Of a DNA stretch of 13,751 bases, positions 5,767 through 11,626 are shown in pieces; position 1 is the first letter of the stretch, and every line of letters begins with the position of its first letter. Source of the stretch: Candidatus Iainarchaeum sp. (GTDB taxonomy: Archaea; Iainarchaeota; Iainarchaeia; Iainarchaeales; CSSED10-239); the NCBI GenBank assembly GCA_028700905.1, contig JAQVRT010000018.1, positions 1 to 13,751 on the forward strand, read 5' to 3'. The translations under genes were made by a program, and so were the position numbers. Below the pieces are notes generated by a model. It did no database searches. It was not told where the DNA came from and was given only the letters and a program-made list of their open reading frames with translations.

Positions 5767-8079
5767 ATGAAGATAGGAAACTACACTGTTGGAGACCATG
5801 TAGTTACAACTGAAGGTAATAAGAAAAAATTAGTTTTTGATTGTAGAAATTGTCCTTATAATACATCAATTGCAGAAGACCCTAGATGTAGGTTCCATGC
5901 AATGAAAGTTTTAGAAACTGTTGATGCTGATGAAATAATCTTAGCTGAAGTTTATGAAAGAAACTATAATGAAGAACAAACTAAATATTTAAAAGAAATG
6001 GTAAACCTACTTTTAGAATTTGAAAATAGAGCTGTCTGGGTATCACAACATCTTGGAATAAAGGATATTGATTGTGATGAATGTTATCCTGAAAGACATA
6101 ATAATATTATTAAATTTGCAAGAGAACTTTTAGCATATGATCCTATAGCCTCATATATTAGTCTTTTAAAAGAAATAGAAAATACAAAAAACAGAGGAAA
6201 TGAAAGAAAAGGACAACCATGTGAACCATGTTTTGTTGCAAATGTTAAACATTTATCAAAATTAAAAGAAATGTTTGAAAAAACAGATTTTATAAGAAAA
6301 ATAAAACCTTTATTATTAAAAATAAAAGATTTATCTGAAGTTACAGACATCTATAGAACAATTTTTGAAGTTGAAATTAAACCTGCATTTATTGGTTCAA
6401 AATTAACTTTTAAAGATATGGATACTTTAGAACTTCTAGATGAATATCAAGTATTAAACACAACTGTTCAAATTTTTAAACATCCAGAAAAAGTTGAAAA
6501 CATTTATTTAATTAATCCTCCTGAATATACCTTATCACCAGATCATTATTTTGTTTTAACTAAAACAAAAGAAACTGTTGCAAACTATAAACCAGGAAAA
6601 GTAACTTTAACAACTGGAGAAAGTACAAGAAAATATTTCCAAAGAATATATCAATCAACAATTATTGATATTGCAAAAAAATATAATATTGAACTTTCAC
6701 CTGATGATGTTTATTCTCTTTCAGAAATTGTTACAAGATACACTATTGGATATGGGGTTTTAGAATTATTATTATCTGATAAACAAGTAACTGATGTTTA
6801 TCTAGATTCACCATTAGGTGCAAAACCAATATATTTAGTGCATTCAAAATATGGACAATGTCAAACAAATGTACATTATCCAGAAAAAGATGCAGAAAGC
6901 TTTGTTGGAAAAATAAGAGCAATGTCTGGAAGACCATTTGATGATGCACACCCTGTCTTAGACTTTGATATGCCAGACTTAAATACCAGAATTGCAGTTA
7001 TTGGAAGGCCACTTGCAACAGATGGTATAGCTTTTGCTTTTAGATTACATAAAGATACTCCATGGACTTTACCACAACTTATAAATGTTAAATCTTTAAA
7101 TCCTTTAGCTGCTGGAATGTTAAGTTTCTTTATTGATAATAACTCAACTCTTTTAGTTGCTGGATCTCGTGGTGCAGGAAAAACTTCACTTATGACAGCT
7201 TTAATGCTTGAAATTTTACAAAATGCAAGAATTATTGTTCAAGAAGACACTTTAGAGCTTCCTATAACTTATATGAAAGATATTGGTTTTAATGCTCAAA
7301 GATTAAAAACAAGATCTGCAATTGGAGGATCAGGAGATCAATCTAATGCAGAAGTAAAACCTGAAGATGCTTTAAGAACAGCTTTAAGACTTGGTGACTC
7401 TGCTTTAATTGTTGGAGAAGTAAGATCAGTTGAAGCAAAAGTACTGTATGAAGCCATGAGAGTTGGTGCTGCAGGGAACGTTGTTATGGGAACTATTCAC
7501 GCAGACTCAGCTTATGCTGTATGGGACAGAGTAGTGAATGATTTAGAGGTACCTACCACCTCATTTAAAGCAACAGACATTATTGTTGTTGCAAAGCCAA
7601 TTAGGTTTAAAGGTTCTCTTAAAAGTTACAGAAGAGTTGTACAGATAACAGAAGTTAGAAAACATTGGAATGATGATCCTGAAGCTGAAGGCGGAATTTT
7701 AAATTTAATGGAATATGATGCTTCTAAAGATACTTTAGTTTTAAATGAAGATGCTTTAAAAGATTCTGAAATCTTTTCAAAAATATCAAGACTTACAGGA
7801 ATGACAATTGAAGAGATTTGGGATAATATTACTTTAAGATCAAAAGAAAAGAAATTTCAAGTAGAATTTGCAAATGAAAAAGGAGTAATTGAGCTTTTGG
7901 AAGCTGAACACACTGTTTTTGTGCATAATAAACTACTTATTACAAAAGAAGACTATCTAGAAGAACATGGTAAAACTGATTATGATCAAGTATTTGAGCT
8001 TTGGAAGAAATGGTATATAGAAAAGTTTGCTCCAAGGATGATGAAGAGAATAATTGAGAATAGAAAAAGTGAAGAATAG
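5767..8079 (+). CDS. Type II/IV secretion system ATPase of the archaeal FlaI/ArlI/PilB (VirB11-like, COG0630) family, with a roughly 330-aa N-terminal extension
   Basis: 770 aa. It has Walker A GSRGAGKTS (aa 466-474, nt 7162..7188), an Asp box IIVQEDTLEL, Walker B ALIVGEVR and a His box MGTIHA. The N-terminal region has three CxxC motifs (C26/C29, C103/C106, C152/C155) plus C41, H44, H111 and H162. Confidence 0.9.
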   Translation: MKIGNYTVGDHVVTTEGNKKKLVFDCRNCPYNTSIAEDPRCRFHAMKVLETVDADEIILAEVYERNYNEEQTKYLKEMVNLLLEFENRAVWVSQHLGIKDIDCDECYPERHNNIIKFARELLAYDPIASYISLLKEIENTKNRGNERKGQPCEPCFVANVKHLSKLKEMFEKTDFIRKIKPLLLKIKDLSEVTDIYRTIFEVEIKPAFIGSKLTFKDMDTLELLDEYQVLNTTVQIFKHPEKVENIYLINPPEYTLSPDHYFVLTKTKETVANYKPGKVTLTTGESTRKYFQRIYQSTIIDIAKKYNIELSPDDVYSLSEIVTRYTIGYGVLELLLSDKQVTDVYLDSPLGAKPIYLVHSKYGQCQTNVHYPEKDAESFVGKIRAMSGRPFDDAHPVLDFDMPDLNTRIAVIGRPLATDGIAFAFRLHKDTPWTLPQLINVKSLNPLAAGMLSFFIDNNSTLLVAGSRGAGKTSLMTALMLEILQNARIIVQEDTLELPITYMKDIGFNAQRLKTRSAIGGSGDQSNAEVKPEDALRTALRLGDSALIVGEVRSVEAKVLYEAMRVGAAGNVVMGTIHADSAYAVWDRVVNDLEVPTTSFKATDIIVVAKPIRFKGSLKSYRRVVQITEVRKHWNDDPEAEGGILNLMEYDASKDTLVLNEDALKDSEIFSKISRLTGMTIEEIWDNITLRSKEKKFQVEFANEKGVIELLEAEHTVFVHNKLLITKEDYLEEHGKTDYDQVFELWKKWYIEKFAPRMMKRIIENRKSEE

Positions 8080-8096
8080 TTTTTTCCTCTTCACTT
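8067..8096 (+). terminator. Stem-loop with a 9-bp stem enclosing the ATPase stop codon
   Basis: aagtgaaga (8067..8075) pairs with tcttcactt (8088..8096). The loop contains the TAG stop (8077..8079) followed by T6. A T7 run follows at 8113..8119. Confidence 0.4.
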
Positions 8097-8206
8097 TAAA
8101 TGTTTAAGTTACTTTTTTTAATATCTTTTAAAAAATATAATACAGACATAAACATATTTAAAATAATTGGAACTAATATATTGATGTAGGAAGAATATTT
8201 AAAAAA

Positions 8207-8419
8207 ATGAAGAATATGGAAACTAAATTTAAAAAATCAATAGAGCTTCTTGAAAAAACAAATGCTACTTTATCTGTTGCTGCAAAACATTCAGGACTTA
8301 ACTACAGAGATTTTTATGAAAAGGTCATAGAAAGTAAAGTATTATCAAAGACAGAGATCAATAAAAGAGAAATAGATGTTAAAGAAATTGATGATGTTTT
8401 AAAAAAAATAAAAGTTTAA
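8207..8419 (+). CDS. Small helix-turn-helix protein resembling the UPF0175 family (often an antitoxin-like partner of PIN-domain proteins)
   Basis: 70 aa. SIELLEKTNATLSVAAKHSGLNYRDFYEKVIESKVL parallels the UPF0175 core pattern (..LY..g.lSlgkAaelaGms..eF.e.l...gi). The tail is Lys/Glu-rich. No PIN-like gene is adjacent. Confidence 0.45.
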   Translation: MKNMETKFKKSIELLEKTNATLSVAAKHSGLNYRDFYEKVIESKVLSKTEINKREIDVKEIDDVLKKIKV

Positions 8420-8437
8420 AAAGAAAAAAATTATTTT

Positions 8438-9784
8438 TTATAAAAAATATCTTGGAACCTCTAACAAACTTAAAAAGATACAAGCAGGAATAACTAACCT
8501 ATTTTCTACAAAAACATCTCCAGGGGGCAAAACTGATTTAGATAATATTAAATAGTCTTTAACAAAATTAACATTATTTGGTTTTATTAAAGTATTTCTA
8601 TATTTTACTTCTATTGCTTTTTTAAAAACAATAAAATCAATTTCTTTTTTATCAACATTAAAATAAGATAAATCTAAATTATATAGATTATGTAAATGAC
8701 TTGCAACAATGTTTTCAACTATAACACCTAATTTTTGTTCATTAAATAACAATTCTTTACTTTGAGCAAAATAATCTATATTTTTATAAAAATTTGTAAT
8801 TGCATGTATTATAAAAGGATCTTTTACATAAAATTTTTTAAGAATAGAAGATTGATTTTCTTTAACTTCAAAAACAACTAATAGCTCTGACAAAGTATTT
8901 AAGTAACTTTTAATAACATCTTGAGAATAACCTGTTTTTTGTTGAATTGTAGAATATTTAATTTGGTTTGATAAAGAATCTATTAAAACTCTTAAAATTG
9001 CAATAGATTTTTGTTTATCTATTTTTTCAAATATTTTTTCTACAATATCTTCATAATATTTTTCAGATATATGATTTTTTTCAAAAAAAGAATTTATTGT
9101 TTCTGGAAAACCACCAGTTAATAAATAATTATAGAAATATTTATTAATTTCTTCAAAATAATTTTCTAATAATTTATATTTCTCATAAATTAAAGTATTA
9201 TCTTCACTTAGATTTATATGGTTATTTAATATTACATCATGTAGTTTTAGGTTTTCTTTTTTTAATATAGTTAAAATATATTGTCTAAAAGTTAATGGGC
9301 CCATAATATTTGTTTTTTCAGACCTTCCAATTAGATATTGCCTACAAGCATCTATTGCTCTTGGATCAGAACCAGTAACAAATACACAAACATCTTTTAA
9401 TAAATTTAAATCTTTTAAAGATTTTAAAAATAAACAACCTTCTTTTAAAGACTGAATTTCATCTAATAAAATTATTTTTTTATTATTTATTTTAATATCA
9501 TGTTCTATAGTTTTTATTAATTCACTAGCTCTTATATTTAAAAGAGTGTCAAAATTAATGTAAGTAGAAGTATTTGGGTTATCTTGAGCAATTTTTTTTA
9601 AAAAAATAGTTTTTCCAACTCTTCTAGGGCCCTTTATTAAGTATATTTTGTTAGGAGCTATCTCTAATTGCTTTCTTTCGATGGAATATCTATTATTTTT
9701 TATTTTGGTAATCTCTAAGTCTTCTTTTCCTTGCCACCAAGGATTTTGTAAAATTATGTTTTTCCAATCAAGCATATATATCAT
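8438..9784 (-). CDS. AAA+ ATPase of the COG1373 / DUF4143 family with a C-terminal restriction-endonuclease-like (PD-(D/E)xK-like) module
   Basis: 448 aa. It has an N-terminal NPWW motif, Walker A GPRRVGKT and Walker B ILLDEIQ. The DUF4143-type segment is YLLTGGFPE. The C-terminal motif is VENIVASHL...KKEIDFIVFKKAIEVKY (E-x-D ... E-V-K). The true start may be the second ATG at 9775 (MLDWKN...), which sits about 26 nt from the centre of the TATA-like element. Confidence 0.85.
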   Translation of the reverse strand: MIYMLDWKNIILQNPWWQGKEDLEITKIKNNRYSIERKQLEIAPNKIYLIKGPRRVGKTIFLKKIAQDNPNTSTYINFDTLLNIRASELIKTIEHDIKINNKKIILLDEIQSLKEGCLFLKSLKDLNLLKDVCVFVTGSDPRAIDACRQYLIGRSEKTNIMGPLTFRQYILTILKKENLKLHDVILNNHINLSEDNTLIYEKYKLLENYFEEINKYFYNYLLTGGFPETINSFFEKNHISEKYYEDIVEKIFEKIDKQKSIAILRVLIDSLSNQIKYSTIQQKTGYSQDVIKSYLNTLSELLVVFEVKENQSSILKKFYVKDPFIIHAITNFYKNIDYFAQSKELLFNEQKLGVIVENIVASHLHNLYNLDLSYFNVDKKEIDFIVFKKAIEVKYRNTLIKPNNVNFVKDYLILSKSVLPPGDVFVENRLVIPACIFLSLLEVPRYFL

Positions 9785-9796
9785 ATATGCTAACTA

Positions 9797-9806
9797 GTAT
9801 ATATAC
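9797..9806 (-). promoter_or_regulatory. Palindromic TATA-like element (GTATATATAC), the likely promoter of the COG1373 ATPase gene (leaderless-type spacing)
   Basis: It lies 17-26 nt upstream of the two candidate ATGs (9784 and 9775), with no Shine-Dalgarno motif between. The sequence is a perfect palindrome, so it could also drive plus-strand transcription into the repeat island. Confidence 0.35.
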
Positions 9807-9817
9807 TTTTCTAAAAG

Positions 9818-9873
9818 TTACAGGGTCAACCCTTGAGAAACACCCTTTTCTTACAGGATACACCCATGAGAAA
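9818..9873. repeat. Two imperfect 23-bp direct repeats with a 33-bp period in a locally GC-richer noncoding island
   Basis: ttacagggtcaacccttgagaaa (9818..9840) matches ttacaggatacacccatgagaaa (9851..9873) at 19 of 23 positions (TTACAGG-N-T-NN-ACCC-N-TGAGAAA). A third ACCC occurs at 9842..9845. Unit 1 can form a small hairpin, aggg-tcaa-ccct. Confidence 0.6.
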
Positions 9874-9964
9874 AGCAAAAGTATATATATAAGCTACTTA
9901 TTAACACAAAATAAAACTTTAAAAAATCATTAAAAATACACAAGTAAAACACAAAGTAGTTTCT

Positions 9965-9990
9965 AACCGGCTAATCTATTGACCGGTTTT
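9965..9990. terminator. GC-containing hairpin (aaccgg / ccggtt) followed by T4 on the plus strand. It lies 17 nt downstream of the minus-strand membrane protein gene.
   Basis: aaccgg (9965..9970) pairs with ccggtt (9983..9988), with a 12-nt loop. The plus strand continues with tt (T4 in total over 9987..9990). It could terminate the minus-strand gene ending at 10005, or a plus-strand transcript from the island. The strand is unresolved. Confidence 0.3.
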
Positions 9991-10004
9991 AAAAATAAAA
10001 CATA

Positions 10005-10514
10005 CTAAACAAACTTAGAACTTGTTGTTGCTAAAAAAGAACCTAAAAGAGCAGTTATTAATTGTAAAACACCCATGTTAATTAAAAAAACTTTTGGAAA
10101 GTTTAAAATAAAAACAAAAGCTAAAGAAACAATAAATAATAAAGAAAATTTAATTACAGAAGAGATTACTGAAGAAAACCATTTATTATTAATAAATCTT
10201 CTATAAGAAAATATAAAAACTAAGTTTGAAAGCCAAATAAAAGGAAGATAGTATAAAAGAAAAGAAGTATTTGTACTAAAAATAATACCTGCACTTAAAA
10301 CTCCTAAAGAAGGTAAAAAAAGTAAAGGTAATAAATATTTAAATTTAAAATGAAGAGCAGCTCTTATTAAAAAGAAATTAACTAAAGTACCAATAAGCCA
10401 TTGAGGATGTCCTATTAAAAAAGGAAGGAAAAAAGAAACTATTGAATATATTGTAAACTCATAAACTTCTAAGTTTATGTATTTATAGTTTTGTTGTTGT
10501 TTGTAAAAATTCAT
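10005..10514 (-). CDS. Small polytopic membrane protein (about 5-6 TM helices), function unknown
   Basis: 169 aa, almost entirely hydrophobic segments (FTIYSIVSFFLPFLIG, WLIGTLVNFFLIRAAL, LLPLLFLPSLGVLSAGIIF, FLLYYLPFIWLSNLVFIF, VIKFSLLFIVSLAFVFIL, MGVLQLITALLGSFLAT). The size and layout resemble small vitamin or ECF S-component-like transporters, but I recognise no diagnostic motif. Confidence 0.65.
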   Translation of the reverse strand: MNFYKQQQNYKYINLEVYEFTIYSIVSFFLPFLIGHPQWLIGTLVNFFLIRAALHFKFKYLLPLLFLPSLGVLSAGIIFSTNTSFLLYYLPFIWLSNLVFIFSYRRFINNKWFSSVISSVIKFSLLFIVSLAFVFILNFPKVFLINMGVLQLITALLGSFLATTSSKFV

Positions 10515-10621
10515 GTTTATTTCTTTTAATTTTTATAATATTTTTAAAATCTATAGAATATTAGGTTACGATAAATTTAAATAGTTAATTTTAAAATTTA
10601 TATCTATTTCTTTTAAAAAAA

Positions 10622-11371
10622 CTATTTTAAGTGTTCAATAAAAAACTTCATTCTTGAAGAAGGAATATTTGAATAATCTTTATTTAAAAAACTTTCAGCC
10701 TGTGAAAATAATTCAAAATTAAGAGAAAATATGATATCTACAGGGTTTTTAGATTTCATAGATTTAGAAGCATGCACAACATCTCTTACAAATGCATTAT
10801 AGTTTGGAACATGTTGTTTTACATACAATTTATTTCCTTGTAAATGATTTAAAATTACATTATATCTTTCCCTTATAGATGGAAAAGAATCATACACTTT
10901 TAAAAAAACTTTTTTATCACTCTTAAAATTAGAACTTTTTATGTTTGAAAGTAATAATTTTCTATCTTCAGGAACAGAAATATTTAGAATTTTTCCTTTT
11001 AAAGAAATAGGTGGTTTTCTTTCTATATTTTTAATAACCTTGAAAGAAGGTTTTTTATCTTCAACCTTATCTATTTTCTTTTTAGTAGATATAGAAGAAA
11101 GTTGTTTATTTGCAGAAATAAAAACATTTGATAATTTTTCAGGAGATTGTTTAAATAATAAAGAAGATGATTTAGAATTAATTTGTGCTAATAAATCATT
11201 TGCTTGTTTTAAATTTAAAACTTTATTTTCATAAGCCTTTTGAAGAGAAGATGCAAATCTTTTAAACTCAAGTAAAGACGAAGGGTGATTTAAAAGATGA
11301 GATCTTAAAGAAGTTGTATTTCTTTGAATTAAATTATTTATTTTTGTTTTTTTAATATTTATTTTTTTCAT
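10622..11371 (-). CDS. Hypothetical Lys/Ser-rich basic protein, no recognisable domain
   Basis: It is a long ORF. The track start at 11377 is a TTG codon, so I prefer the ATG at 11371 (MKKINIKK...). There is no TM segment or signal peptide. The central region is low-complexity (SSISTKKKIDKVEDKKPSFK). Confidence 0.55.
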   Translation of the reverse strand: MKKINIKKTKINNLIQRNTTSLRSHLLNHPSSLLEFKRFASSLQKAYENKVLNLKQANDLLAQINSKSSSLLFKQSPEKLSNVFISANKQLSSISTKKKIDKVEDKKPSFKVIKNIERKPPISLKGKILNISVPEDRKLLLSNIKSSNFKSDKKVFLKVYDSFPSIRERYNVILNHLQGNKLYVKQHVPNYNAFVRDVVHASKSMKSKNPVDIIFSLNFELFSQAESFLNKDYSNIPSSRMKFFIEHLK

Positions 11372-11556
11372 ATACAATCAATAAAAATATTAGAAGAATA
11401 AGTTTTTAAAATAAATTATTTTATTTAAAATTAAATAATTATTTAGAATATATAAATAACAGTTAATAAAACTCTTAAAGAAAGTATAGATATTAAAAAA
11501 TTTAAAAGTTTTTAAGAAAAATAGTTTTTTTTATATTAAGAGAAATAGTTTTTTTT

Positions 11557-11602
11557 GTTAAAAAAATAAAAAGAAAAGAAAAAAGAAAGAAATAAATTTC
11601 TT
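11557..11602 (-). terminator. Hairpin plus a long oligo-T tract downstream of the S-layer-like gene
   Basis: aagaaat (11587..11593) pairs with atttctt (11596..11602), 25 nt after the stop codon. The minus strand then reads TCTTTCTTTTTTCTTTTCTTTTTATTTTTTT, a strong archaeal-type oligo-T terminator as expected for a highly expressed gene. Confidence 0.55.
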
Positions 11603-11626
11603 CCTTTAATCTTTATTGTTTAGAAT

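Noticed and set aside
6084-6350. 88-aa minus-strand ORF inside the secretion ATPase gene
   Set aside because: It is entirely antisense to a confidently identified CDS, has a low-complexity Phe/Ser/Ile-rich translation, and has no start-site signals. It is a shadow ORF.
6743-6949. 68-aa minus-strand ORF inside the secretion ATPase gene
   Set aside because: It is antisense to the conserved ATPase region, its translation (His/Leu/Gln-rich) looks non-protein-like, and it has no RBS. It is a shadow ORF.
8433-8448. 16-bp perfect palindrome (attttttataaaaaat) between the convergent genes, as a bidirectional terminator
   Set aside because: It is composed only of A/T, so the hairpin would be very weak. 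Such palindromes arise easily by chance in this composition. I mention it only as part of the stop-codon hairpin pattern.
9818-9873. Possible CRISPR array or tRNA in the GC-richer island
   Set aside because: There are only two repeat copies, they are imperfect (19/23), and the 10-bp interval is far too short for a spacer, so it is not a CRISPR array. I could find no cloverleaf, no GTTCRAATC-type T-loop and no 7-bp acceptor pairing on either strand, so it is not a tRNA.
10518-10616. 12-bp exact direct repeat TATTTCTTTTAA (10518..10529 and 10605..10616) flanking the intergenic region upstream of the membrane protein gene
   Set aside because: It is a low-complexity T-rich 12-mer in an AT-rich spacer. 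It is plausible by chance and no associated structure or mobile-element gene is present.
10941-11234. 97-aa plus-strand ORF overlapping the 251-aa hypothetical gene
   Set aside because: It is fully nested antisense within the longer ORF and has a Phe/Ser/Leu-rich low-complexity translation. The longer minus-strand frame is the better candidate, although neither has a recognisable domain.
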